From assembly GCA_013203315.1 (NCBI GenBank), contig JABMQJ010000018.1, positions 11,292 through 75,291 of the forward strand: 64,000 nt of DNA, read 5' to 3'. This document shows, piece after piece, positions 9,946-19,378 of this stretch. Position 1 is the stretch's first letter. The number at the start of each line of letters is the position of its first letter. A program made the translations under genes and the position numbers. This stretch comes from Candidatus Omnitrophota bacterium (lineage in GTDB: Bacteria > Omnitrophota > Gorgyraeia > JABMRN01 > RBG-13-46-9). The notes beneath the pieces were generated by a model. That model was not told the DNA's origin, did not search any database, and worked only from the letters and a program-made list of their open reading frames with translations.

Positions 9946-11005
9946 GATTCGAATTCCTGTTAATAAACTTAAAAGTTTTGCTAAAGAAGTTTTGTTGAAA
10001 GCGGGTACACGCAAAGATGTGGCGGAATATGTTGCCGAAGGTCTTGCACAAACTTCTTTAAGAGGCGTTGATTCACATGGCATAAGACTTTTTCCTCACT
10101 ATCTTGAAGGTGTCAAAAAAGGGCGAATTAACCCAAAACCAAAATACAAATTTAAAAAAACATCTGCAACTACGGGACTATTTGATGCCGATCATACGTT
10201 TGGTCATGCCGCAGGCATGGAAGCCGCCAAAAAAGCAGTTAAACTTGCTAGTGAAGCAGGCACCGGCCATATCGCTATTTATAACTCAAGTCACTTTGGA
10301 GCGGCGGCGTACTATGCGTTAGAAATAGCGAAACACGATATGATAGGGATGAGTTTTACAAACACAGACGCCCTTGTTAAAACATACGCAGGCAAAAGAT
10401 CCTTTTTAGGTAATAACCCTATATGTTTTGCTGCCCCGTGCAAGGATGAAGAGCCGTTTTGTCTTGATATGGCTACGAGCATAGTAACCTTTAATAAGAT
10501 AAAACAGCTATGTGCAGAAGGTAAAGAAGCTCCACCGGGAGTTGGCACAGATAAAGAAGGGATGGAAACCACCAAGTCATTCGATATAAGTATGCTTTTA
10601 CCCATGGGTACCTATAAAGGCTACGGTCTTAGTATGGTTATAGAAATTTTATGTAGTTTACTGACAGGCGCACCTTACGGACCGCATATTCCAAAGATGT
10701 TTGAGCGGCCTATGAATGAAAAACGTTACCTAGGGCATTTCATAATAGCTATAAATATTGGTTGTTTCCAAAAAATAAATGTTTTTAAAGAACGCTTATC
10801 TTGTATGATGAATGAGCTCAGAAGTGAACCGAGATTGAATGCGGAAATACCTATTCAAATAGCGGGTGATCCCGAGAAAAATGCTGCTAGAAAAAGAACG
10901 ATCGAAGGCATTCCGGTAGATCAAGAAGAGTATGAAAGGTTCAAAAAAATCGCCAATGAATATAAAATTGTTATTGATTTCGATAAAAAAGGAGACCGAC
11001 ATTGA
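9938..11005 (+). CDS. Malate/L-lactate/sulfolactate dehydrogenase family (Ldh_2) oxidoreductase
   Basis: 'RGVDSHGIRLFPHY' and 'TGHIAIYNSSHFGAAAYYA' are signature segments of the Ldh_2 family (AllD/ComC-like). Length is about 355 aa. Confidence 0.55.
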   Translation: MTKIRIPVNKLKSFAKEVLLKAGTRKDVAEYVAEGLAQTSLRGVDSHGIRLFPHYLEGVKKGRINPKPKYKFKKTSATTGLFDADHTFGHAAGMEAAKKAVKLASEAGTGHIAIYNSSHFGAAAYYALEIAKHDMIGMSFTNTDALVKTYAGKRSFLGNNPICFAAPCKDEEPFCLDMATSIVTFNKIKQLCAEGKEAPPGVGTDKEGMETTKSFDISMLLPMGTYKGYGLSMVIEILCSLLTGAPYGPHIPKMFERPMNEKRYLGHFIIAINIGCFQKINVFKERLSCMMNELRSEPRLNAEIPIQIAGDPEKNAARKRTIEGIPVDQEEYERFKKIANEYKIVIDFDKKGDRH

Positions 11006-11127
11006 ATCTATTGAAAGTGCTGATCAAAAAAATAGCAATGTTTTTTGCTAAATATTTTTCAAACGGGAAAAAAAATGATTCGACTCCACCGGATGATTAT
11101 TACCCTCTTTTTTAGAAAGGAAACTTT

Positions 11128-12231
11128 ATGTTTTGGTTAATAATTTTCTTGATTTCAATAATATCTTTAGAAGTTGCATCGTATTTTATATACCGCAGCA
11201 ATAAAGACATAAAGGAAATTTTAAAAGAAATGCTTAAAAGGAGCCAGAAAGGTGACATAAGAACTTTTACGCCCAGATATATAGAGCATCCTTTTCTTGC
11301 ATTTAGCCTAAACCCTGAATTCAAAAATTCTTTTGGAGAAAAAATCCATAACAAATATGGTTTCCGAAGCAATGATGATTTTTCCAACATTAAGGAGAAG
11401 GATCTTATATATTGCGCAGGTGCAAGCTCTACATATTGCAATTTTATCGAAAAAAACGAGGATACTTGGCCTCACATCCTGGAAGGGGAATTACATCAAG
11501 AATTAAACCACGATGACATAAGAGTTATAAACGGCGGCTGCGGTGCTTGGACGAGCTATCAGAGTTTAATAAGGTTTTCTGCCTGGGTAGATGTTATGAA
11601 GCCAAAACTCGTTATTATATATCATGGGAAAAATGATTTTTCACCAATATTAAACGCTAAACCATCGGTGTCAGAAATCTATCCCGATTACGGAAACGTT
11701 ATGCGTTCACTACGATTTGATAGTGTTGCGAGATATCTTCCTCGGCTTGCAAAATATACATATACGGGCAAGGTTTTGTATGGGCGTTACATAAATTCAA
11801 AGTACAGCAACGTATTATGGCACGTATATAATTTAAACAAATTGCTGACGCGAGAAACAGCCTTAAAGAATACACAGAGAATAGGCTCGAGAGAAAAAGA
11901 TATTATATTTTCAAGGTTTAAATCGTTTGCATCCCTGTGTAGCTATAGGGCAATTCCTATTCTTTTTGTTGCCCAGAAAGTAATAAGCGACATCTTCGAG
12001 CCTTACATAAAGGAGCTGAATGAGCGAATAGCGACACTGGAGGACCGTGCCAATGGGTGTTTCGTGTATGATTTCGCTAAAGACGTTGTTGACAAAAAAA
12101 ATCTGCTTTCTGACCACATACACTTTTCAGAAAATGGCACAAAAATTTTCAGTAAACTTTTAAAGAATTATATAGTACGCAATATCACTCCTTTTAAAGA
12201 AGGAAAAGAGAAAGTCCATGTCAGTAAATAG
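11128..12231 (+). CDS. SGNH/GDSL-like hydrolase with N-terminal transmembrane anchor
   Basis: N-terminal hydrophobic helix. Block I-like 'LIYCAGASSTY'. C-terminal 'DHIHFSENG' (DxxH catalytic block). Confidence 0.45.
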   Translation: MFWLIIFLISIISLEVASYFIYRSNKDIKEILKEMLKRSQKGDIRTFTPRYIEHPFLAFSLNPEFKNSFGEKIHNKYGFRSNDDFSNIKEKDLIYCAGASSTYCNFIEKNEDTWPHILEGELHQELNHDDIRVINGGCGAWTSYQSLIRFSAWVDVMKPKLVIIYHGKNDFSPILNAKPSVSEIYPDYGNVMRSLRFDSVARYLPRLAKYTYTGKVLYGRYINSKYSNVLWHVYNLNKLLTRETALKNTQRIGSREKDIIFSRFKSFASLCSYRAIPILFVAQKVISDIFEPYIKELNERIATLEDRANGCFVYDFAKDVVDKKNLLSDHIHFSENGTKIFSKLLKNYIVRNITPFKEGKEKVHVSK

Positions 12232-13888
12232 TAGTATCACAGATTTGGCTATTATTATTCCACCAGCAGGGCCAAAAAATTCAAATTATCCGCCTTACGG
12301 AGCCTTGTATATAGCCGGTGCACTAAAAGAGGCTGGGTACCAGACAGAAATAGTAAACGTTGACACGGAGCGGTATACAAATCAAGAGGTAGTTGAAAAA
12401 ATAAGAAAATTAAACCCTACATATATAGGATTCAGTGGGATAGTGGCGCCATCCTACAAGTACATTAAAGATATAAGTTTTGATTTTAGGAAAGCGTTTG
12501 CGAACAAAGTGCAGATTTTAGGCGGAGGGTTAGCCAGTGCTGCCGAAGCCGTGCTGAAAAACACATCCATAAATATCATCGTCAGAGGCGAAGGAGATAG
12601 AACAATTGTAGAATTAATGGACTGCTTGAAAAAAGGCGGCGATCTGAAAAATGTGCCCGGAATTTGCTATAAAGAAGGAAGCAAGATTGCATATTCTGTC
12701 GATAGACGCTTAATTATGAACCTAGATAGCCTCCCGTATCCCGCATTTGATTTGATAGACATGGATAAATATCTTCCTAACGGAGCTGAATTTATCCAAG
12801 GTTTTACAAGAGGGATAGATGATAAAAGGATCTACCGCTTAAAAAAAAGTGGAAAAAGAAAGATGATTTCTTTTATGACAAGTCGAGGATGCTTTGGCAG
12901 GTGTGCTTTTTGTTTTAGAGCCTATCCCGGCCTAAGAATGTATTCGATAGACTACATTTTTAATTTTATAGACTACTGTATAGAAAAATTTAATGTAGGC
13001 TTTATTACTTTTGCGGATGAATGTTTTGCACCGAATAAGAAAAGGAATTGGGAATTTATAGAAGAGTTTAAAAAAAGAAAACCAGATATTGTTTTTAGAA
13101 TATTAGGAATGCGGGTGGATACTGTAGATAAAGAAATTCTAAAAGCTTATAAAGAAATCGGATGCTGGATGATAGAATACGGCTTCGAATCAGGCAGCCA
13201 AAAAATGCTTAATATAATAAGTAAAGATGTAACAGTAGAAGACAACAGGTGTGCGGCATTGTGGTCAAAAGAAGCAGGAATATTTACCATGCCGACCGCA
13301 GTTTTAGGCATGCCCGGCGAAACAAACGAAACCATACAGGAAACCATAAATTTTCTAAAATCGCTCTCGTTAGATTTCAAGCAATTTCAGTGGTCATATG
13401 CCCTTCCTATACCCGGATCACAACTTTATGACTTTGCAAAGCTAACAGGTGCCATAGATGACGATGATAAATATCTTTCGTCTTTGGTAGGGCCTGTTGG
13501 GCATGCGGGTATTTTTCACATCAATCTTACAGATCAACCGGACGAAGAGGTTGCAAACTGGGCTAGGAAAATAAGCCGAGAGCTGGATAATGATTTTTTT
13601 AATCGAAAGCTTAAGTATAAACATAAATTTATAAAAGAATTGATGCGTCTTATTGCCTTGATAGAGCTTCACCATAGAAAGAAAACCTTGTTTTCTGTGC
13701 TAAGGCTACGGGTTAAAAACTTTTTTAAAAGACACAAAGTCGGAAAAAACCAAAAAGCAGGGATTTGCTTCAGGAAAAAAATAACAATAGACGTAGAACG
13801 ATTTATTAATAAAAATTCATATTTTAATGTAGACAATGAAGTCTCGCTCAAGCGTATTAATAAAAAGCTAAACGAGATAGTAACATAG
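12218..13888 (+). CDS. Cobalamin (B12)-binding radical SAM protein
   Basis: N-terminal B12-binding-like Rossmann region, then radical SAM Cys triad 'TSRGCFGRCAFCF'. C-terminal 'PIPGSQLYD' matches the fragment at 1..339. Confidence 0.7.
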   Translation: MSVNSSITDLAIIIPPAGPKNSNYPPYGALYIAGALKEAGYQTEIVNVDTERYTNQEVVEKIRKLNPTYIGFSGIVAPSYKYIKDISFDFRKAFANKVQILGGGLASAAEAVLKNTSINIIVRGEGDRTIVELMDCLKKGGDLKNVPGICYKEGSKIAYSVDRRLIMNLDSLPYPAFDLIDMDKYLPNGAEFIQGFTRGIDDKRIYRLKKSGKRKMISFMTSRGCFGRCAFCFRAYPGLRMYSIDYIFNFIDYCIEKFNVGFITFADECFAPNKKRNWEFIEEFKKRKPDIVFRILGMRVDTVDKEILKAYKEIGCWMIEYGFESGSQKMLNIISKDVTVEDNRCAALWSKEAGIFTMPTAVLGMPGETNETIQETINFLKSLSLDFKQFQWSYALPIPGSQLYDFAKLTGAIDDDDKYLSSLVGPVGHAGIFHINLTDQPDEEVANWARKISRELDNDFFNRKLKYKHKFIKELMRLIALIELHHRKKTLFSVLRLRVKNFFKRHKVGKNQKAGICFRKKITIDVERFINKNSYFNVDNEVSLKRINKKLNEIVT

Positions 13889-13890
13889 TT

Positions 13891-14634
13891 ATGAAAAAAA
13901 TACTTTCCGGAAAACAGAAAATACTAGCCATGATACCTGCAAGAATGGGCAGTACAAGGCTTTCCATGAAAAATCTTGCACTTATCAATAAAAAACCTCT
14001 TATTTATTATGCTGTTGGAGCCGCCAAAGCGTCAAAGATATTTGATGACATAATTATCAATTCCGAGGATGGTATATTCAAAAAAATAGCAGCGCGCTAT
14101 AAAGTAAAATTTTATAAAAGGCCTATTAAATTAGGCGGTTCCTCTGTTAAATCCGATATGGTTGTATATGATTTTATCAAGAAAAACCCCTGTGATATCG
14201 TCGTATGGGTTAATACTATAGCACCGCTTCAAGTCGGGGAGGAAATTAAAAATATAGTAAAATATTTTGTTAATAAAAAACTCGATTCACTCATAACGGT
14301 TAAAGACGAACGAGTTCACTGTATATATAAAGGCAAGCCCGTTAATTTCAAGAAAGAAGCCACTTTTGCTAAAACGCAGGATCTTTTGCCGGTTCAACCC
14401 TTTGTATATTCGGTTATGATGTGGCGAACGGATGTCTTTATGAGCACCTTCAAGAAAAAAGGGCACGCGCTTTTCTGCGGCAAGACAGCTTTTTATCCGG
14501 TAAGCAAGCTATCAACATTTATAATCAAGAGAAAAGAAGACCTTGCATTGGCAGATTTTATTATGCGTGCGATGAAAAAAAGATACAGGGTGTGCTATGA
14601 CAAAGTTCTCAAAAATAGGAGAACAGGGAATTGA
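13891..14634 (+). CDS. Acylneuraminate cytidylyltransferase-family protein (CMP-sugar-acid synthetase-like)
   Basis: 'LAMIPARMGSTRLSMKNL' N-terminal nucleotide-binding loop typical of NeuA/PseF/LegF-type cytidylyltransferases. Confidence 0.7.
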   Translation: MKKILSGKQKILAMIPARMGSTRLSMKNLALINKKPLIYYAVGAAKASKIFDDIIINSEDGIFKKIAARYKVKFYKRPIKLGGSSVKSDMVVYDFIKKNPCDIVVWVNTIAPLQVGEEIKNIVKYFVNKKLDSLITVKDERVHCIYKGKPVNFKKEATFAKTQDLLPVQPFVYSVMMWRTDVFMSTFKKKGHALFCGKTAFYPVSKLSTFIIKRKEDLALADFIMRAMKKRYRVCYDKVLKNRRTGN

Positions 14635-16016
14635 AAAACTATAATGTCTCAATTATCATAAGAACCAAAAATGAAGAGCGCTGGATATCACAGTGCCTGA
14701 ACGCTGTTTTGAGCCAAACCTATAGGGATTTCGAAATCATCATAGTTGATAACGAAAGTCAGGACAAAACAATAGAGAAGGCAAAACAATTTAAGGAACG
14801 GCTTAGCGATAAAAATAGGCTGAAAGTCATAGAATGCAGTGACTATCTTCCGGGAAAAGCGTTAAACATGGGAATAGAAAAAGCTACCGGGACATTTATT
14901 GCATGTCTATCTGGGCATTGTATTCCTGCAAACGATAAATGGCTGGAAAGTCTTTTAGAGCCTTTTGGTACAGACCAGCGTGGCGTTATAGCCGGGGTAT
15001 ACGGACGGCAGCAGCCGATGTCTTTTACGTCTGACTCTGATAAAAGAGATTTGACCCTGGTTTTCGGGATGGACAAGAGGGTCCAGAAAAAGGATAGCTT
15101 CTTCCACAATGCCAACAGCATGATAAGGCGGGATGTATGGAAAGATGTGCGATTCGATGACAAGGTCACGAATATTGAAGACAGGGTATGGGCAAAAGAG
15201 GTACTGGATAGAAAAAAGGAGATTGTATATACACCCGATGCCAGCGTATATCATTATCACGGGATACACCAAAATGGAAATAGCGAAAGATGTGCCAACG
15301 TAGTTCGAATAATGGAAGGCATGCATTCCGATTACAGCAAAAAATACATCGAAATCGAAAAGCTGAACATAGTTGCCCTAATACCCATAAAAGACGAAAT
15401 CAAATACTTAAATAAAAAACCTCTTATTGAATACACCGTAAAAAGGGCCTTGGATTCAAAATATGTTAAAAAAGTAGTAGTTTCAACCGATAATGAAAAA
15501 ATGGCCAGCCTCGCAAAAAAACTCGGAGCAGAAGCACCCTTTATAAGAGACCCGTATCTTTCAAAAGAAGACGTAAGTATAAGTAATGTGCTAGAATTTT
15601 CACTCAAAAAAATGGAAGAAGAAAAAATATTTCCAGATCTTATTGTATCACTCGAGGCTACCTTTCCGTTCCGGCCAAGCGGTCTGATAGACGGGATGAT
15701 AATAGAGCTGGCAAAAAGAGGGTTAGATAGTATAAGGGCCGTCAAAACGGAAAATAAGGCTATTTGGAAAGAAGAACGCGATAGGAATATAAAACAGCTT
15801 GATGAGGGAGTAACACCCCGCAAATTAAAGGACCCAACTTTCATAGAACTCAGGGGAGTGGGGACCGTAACACACCCAGAGTTCTTAAGAAACGGTTCTC
15901 TTTTTGGGCAAAAAAATGGTATTTACGAAGTAAATAACCCCTATTCGCACATTGAGGTAAGAGACGAGGAGGATTTTGAAATGGCTTCGGTTCTCATGAA
16001 GGAATGGTTTAAATAA
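14631..16016 (+). CDS. Two-domain protein: GT2 glycosyltransferase N-terminal domain fused to a cytidylyltransferase-like C-terminal domain with a degenerate P-loop; apparent TTG start
   Basis: N-terminal 'VSIIIRTKNEE...DFEIIIVDNESQD' GT2 signature. C-terminal half 'IVALIPIKDEIKYLNKKPLIEY...VVVSTDNEKMASLAKKLGAE' has CTP_transf_3 architecture but lacks the GS(K/R)G loop. In-frame start is TTG at 14631, preceded by AGGAG. Confidence 0.5.
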   Translation: MKNYNVSIIIRTKNEERWISQCLNAVLSQTYRDFEIIIVDNESQDKTIEKAKQFKERLSDKNRLKVIECSDYLPGKALNMGIEKATGTFIACLSGHCIPANDKWLESLLEPFGTDQRGVIAGVYGRQQPMSFTSDSDKRDLTLVFGMDKRVQKKDSFFHNANSMIRRDVWKDVRFDDKVTNIEDRVWAKEVLDRKKEIVYTPDASVYHYHGIHQNGNSERCANVVRIMEGMHSDYSKKYIEIEKLNIVALIPIKDEIKYLNKKPLIEYTVKRALDSKYVKKVVVSTDNEKMASLAKKLGAEAPFIRDPYLSKEDVSISNVLEFSLKKMEEEKIFPDLIVSLEATFPFRPSGLIDGMIIELAKRGLDSIRAVKTENKAIWKEERDRNIKQLDEGVTPRKLKDPTFIELRGVGTVTHPEFLRNGSLFGQKNGIYEVNNPYSHIEVRDEEDFEMASVLMKEWFK

Positions 16017-16019
16017 AAC

Positions 16020-17492
16020 ATGAAAATTTATTTTGTATACCCAGACATCTCATCCTTTCACGGTCTTCCGTACCATGCTGGACTTGCGTCGATTGCATCA
16101 ACACTGATTGAGCATGGTCACGAAGTCAGGGTAAGCTATTTCGATAATATCAATAAGACGAAAGACATCGTACAAGATATACGCGCTTTTAAAGCTAAGT
16201 TGGTTGGCTTTACTACCGTTGAAACTCAATCTCGATATGCAAAACACCTCGCCTCGGAAATAAAAAAAACGCATCCTTGCTTTATTGTCTCTGGTGGTCC
16301 TCATGCAACATTAGCACCGGAAAGCATGCTTGATAATAATAGTTCTATTGACGCGGTTATTATCGGAGAGGGAGAGCGTGCAGTGACGGAACTAGTTGAA
16401 AAACTTGAAAAAGGCGAAAGCTGGTCGCACCTGAATAACATTGTTTATCGTGATAAAAAAACAGAGCACTTGATAAAGAACCGGTTAAATCCCCTTATTG
16501 ATAATCTTGACTCCTTAAGCTACCCGGCTACAGAGCTTTTTCCGTATCAAGATATAATAAACCGCCATAATATAGCGATGTTCCATTTTAATAGAGGGTG
16601 CCCTTATCGGTGTGGTTTTTGCTCGAACGTTGCCCTTGGCAAGATCTACGATTTGCCGTCGAATCGTGTAAGATTCCGGTCAGTTGAAAGCGTGATTGAT
16701 GAGATTAATGCTACGCTTTCGAAATATAGATTACGTGATGACACGGTTCTGCATTTCAGCGACGATTTGTTCACATTAAATAAAAAGTGGATAACTCATT
16801 TCTGCGATCTTTACAGAGAAAAAATCGGTAGACCATTCTGGTGCACCGGAAGATCAAATCTTATGACCGAAGAGATATGTGCGGTTCTAAAAAAGGCAGG
16901 GTGTGTATTACTTATGATGAGTGTTGAGTCGGGCAACGATTACATTCGCAACAAAGTGATGTTGCGTGATATAGACAGGGAGACAATGTTCAGGTCCTTT
17001 GATTTGTGCCACAAGCACGGAATCAATACCTTGGCAACGTGTATTATAGGGCTTCCGTTCGAAACAATAGAGATGATAGAGGATTCCATCAAGACCGTGA
17101 CCAAGCTCAAGTCCATTACTTCATACGGTATCAATATTTTTTATCCATATCAGGGGACATATTTGAGGAAAGTTTGTGAAGAGAAGGGGCTCATGTCGTC
17201 ACGAATCGAGAATGATTTTATAGAACGTAAGGGTTCGATTTTAAACCTGCCCGATTTGCCTAATGATAAACTGTTATACTATTATAACAATTGGATAAGT
17301 CTGATTATGCGACATAAGCTGGCAAAGGAAAGAATAAAATATGCGCTACGTAACTGGTGGCAAGTGGTTAGAAAAACAGCCTTTGGCGACAAAATACGCC
17401 ACATTATAAACAACACAAGGCTTGGGAAAGCATTCAAAAAATATATAATGAAACACGTTTGGAGCCGCAATTACGCGGAAAGAACTGTATGA
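16020..17492 (+). CDS. Cobalamin (B12)-binding radical SAM protein
   Basis: B12-binding-like N-terminal region, then 'NRGCPYRCGFCSN' radical SAM Cys triad. Confidence 0.7.
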   Translation: MKIYFVYPDISSFHGLPYHAGLASIASTLIEHGHEVRVSYFDNINKTKDIVQDIRAFKAKLVGFTTVETQSRYAKHLASEIKKTHPCFIVSGGPHATLAPESMLDNNSSIDAVIIGEGERAVTELVEKLEKGESWSHLNNIVYRDKKTEHLIKNRLNPLIDNLDSLSYPATELFPYQDIINRHNIAMFHFNRGCPYRCGFCSNVALGKIYDLPSNRVRFRSVESVIDEINATLSKYRLRDDTVLHFSDDLFTLNKKWITHFCDLYREKIGRPFWCTGRSNLMTEEICAVLKKAGCVLLMMSVESGNDYIRNKVMLRDIDRETMFRSFDLCHKHGINTLATCIIGLPFETIEMIEDSIKTVTKLKSITSYGINIFYPYQGTYLRKVCEEKGLMSSRIENDFIERKGSILNLPDLPNDKLLYYYNNWISLIMRHKLAKERIKYALRNWWQVVRKTAFGDKIRHIINNTRLGKAFKKYIMKHVWSRNYAERTV

Positions 17493-19378
17493 AAATAAAG
17501 AAGCTTGTATTTGTCGATAATATCACTGGCTGCGGAAAAGGGGATGCCGATACATTATATATTGCGTTAAAACCAGCTGCATATTCCTATCTCAAAAAGC
17601 AGGGCGCGAATGTGCATTCCACGATTAATTATTTTACCAACGATTCGCACAAAAAAGCGTTAGAGAAATCCGAAGCACTTATGAAATGGATAAGAAGGGA
17701 ATTGAAATTTAAGAGCCTTGACATAGGTGTGAACCGGGCATACAGCGATCTTTTTTCTTTCTGGATGCGGCTCGAGATCCACTATTTTTTATGGACAACG
17801 GAGATTATCAGGAATGCAGCTATTCTGCATAAACCCGAGATAATCGCCGCTGCCCTTCCGGGTAAATACGCCAGCATGAAGCTATCCATAGAGTCCGAAG
17901 AATGCTATTTAGGTACCCTAGCACAGGCAATGGCACGTAACGAAAATATAGAATTCGAAAATCTCAGTAAAAGCAGAATTAAACACGCAAAAAATTTTCC
18001 AGATATCGATACGAGAAGAATAAAACACCTTATAAAATTTATATTGAAATACGTTAAGTTTTACATATGGCAAAGGGTCTTATATTTTAGAAATATGAAT
18101 AATAAAAAACGTCCTGTTTTTTTTGCGACGATGCACTACAATATGCACAGTCTCGCCAATGACTTAAAGAAAGCAATTCCGGATAGAAAATTTTACCTAT
18201 TCACAGGCCCGATTCTTTCTTACACAAAAATACCGCGCATATTTATAAAAATGTTTGAAAGACGTTTTGCAAAAACTATACTAGGACAGAAAGAACTATT
18301 GGATGGTTTTGCGACAAAACTTGGCAAAGAAACAACTCTTTTTTCCTCAAATGGCATTTCTTTTTCTTCCATGCTTTCCCATAAAATAAAGGCCAATATC
18401 ACAGACCACATAATAAGTTTCTATCTTTGGACGGCAAAACTTGATAGTTGTCTGGATATTATAAAACCTGGCATGGTCATATCAAACGGTAACCGTTCAG
18501 ACGATATCGCCCTCGCAGAGCTATGTTTAAGAAAAAAAATCCCTGACATATTAATATCGCACGGTTCTCATGTATGTCCGAAAAACAAATACGAATGCAT
18601 AGAATGGGGTGAGCATGGGGTAGCTTTTTTAAAGGCGCCGTTTTCATCCCTGGTATTGCAGTCGCCTCTTGCAGAAGGATATATTAAAGCCTTTCCAACG
18701 CAAAGCAATATATTTCGTAGCAAACCCATTCTTTGGGGTAAGCCGGCAGAACCTAATATAAAGGCGAATTTATCCAAGGAATTGCTCGAGTTAAAACATG
18801 AAAAGCAGAATGTAAAAATCATAGTGCACGCGGGCACACCCAAAATGAGCAATAATCTACGATTATATGTTTACGAAACGCCCGATGAATATCTGGAAGC
18901 GCTTTCTGATCTGGCGAATACAGTGAAGAGCATGAAAGAGACAGTTCTCATCGTAAAGTTTCGGCCGTCACCTGAAATCAGCGTTAATAACCTTAGAGAG
19001 CGTATACCTTTTTCAGAAAACGTGATTTTAAGTGTGGAGGAACCGTTCAATGCTGTACTGGAAATGGCGGATGTATTGATAAGCTTTTCTTCTACCACTA
19101 TCGAAGAGGCATTGCAAAAAAAGATTCCTGTTTTGCTTTACGGCGGACAAGGTAGGTATAAACACGTTTCTGCCGGAAGCATTACACTCGGAGATCCCGT
19201 TAAGCCGGAAGCCGTTTATCATGTGGAAAATAAGCAAGACTTGAAATATGCTATAAAAACGATTTTGGGGTTAAATATCAATGGTAAAAATAGAGATAAC
19301 GATTTATTTAAACCGTATATATATCCTGACCACGAGACGAAACCGCTTCTTAATTTGATAGAAAAAGAGGTCGGATGA
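17489..19378 (+). CDS. Large hypothetical protein with TagF/KpsS-like GT-B C-terminal domain (paralog of 6719 and 22172)
   Basis: ATGA overlap with the preceding gene. C-terminal 'LIVKFRPSPE...MADVLISFSSTTIEEALQKKIPVLLYG' aligns by eye with the equivalent blocks of the other two large proteins. Confidence 0.35.
   Translation: MKIKKLVFVDNITGCGKGDADTLYIALKPAAYSYLKKQGANVHSTINYFTNDSHKKALEKSEALMKWIRRELKFKSLDIGVNRAYSDLFSFWMRLEIHYFLWTTEIIRNAAILHKPEIIAAALPGKYASMKLSIESEECYLGTLAQAMARNENIEFENLSKSRIKHAKNFPDIDTRRIKHLIKFILKYVKFYIWQRVLYFRNMNNKKRPVFFATMHYNMHSLANDLKKAIPDRKFYLFTGPILSYTKIPRIFIKMFERRFAKTILGQKELLDGFATKLGKETTLFSSNGISFSSMLSHKIKANITDHIISFYLWTAKLDSCLDIIKPGMVISNGNRSDDIALAELCLRKKIPDILISHGSHVCPKNKYECIEWGEHGVAFLKAPFSSLVLQSPLAEGYIKAFPTQSNIFRSKPILWGKPAEPNIKANLSKELLELKHEKQNVKIIVHAGTPKMSNNLRLYVYETPDEYLEALSDLANTVKSMKETVLIVKFRPSPEISVNNLRERIPFSENVILSVEEPFNAVLEMADVLISFSSTTIEEALQKKIPVLLYGGQGRYKHVSAGSITLGDPVKPEAVYHVENKQDLKYAIKTILGLNINGKNRDNDLFKPYIYPDHETKPLLNLIEKEVG

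Noticed and set aside
11006-11127. Possible promoter or regulatory element in the 120-nt gap upstream of the SGNH hydrolase gene
   Set aside because: The gap is A/T-rich with poly-A runs, but I could not find a convincing -35/-10 pair with proper spacing. Not reported as a feature.
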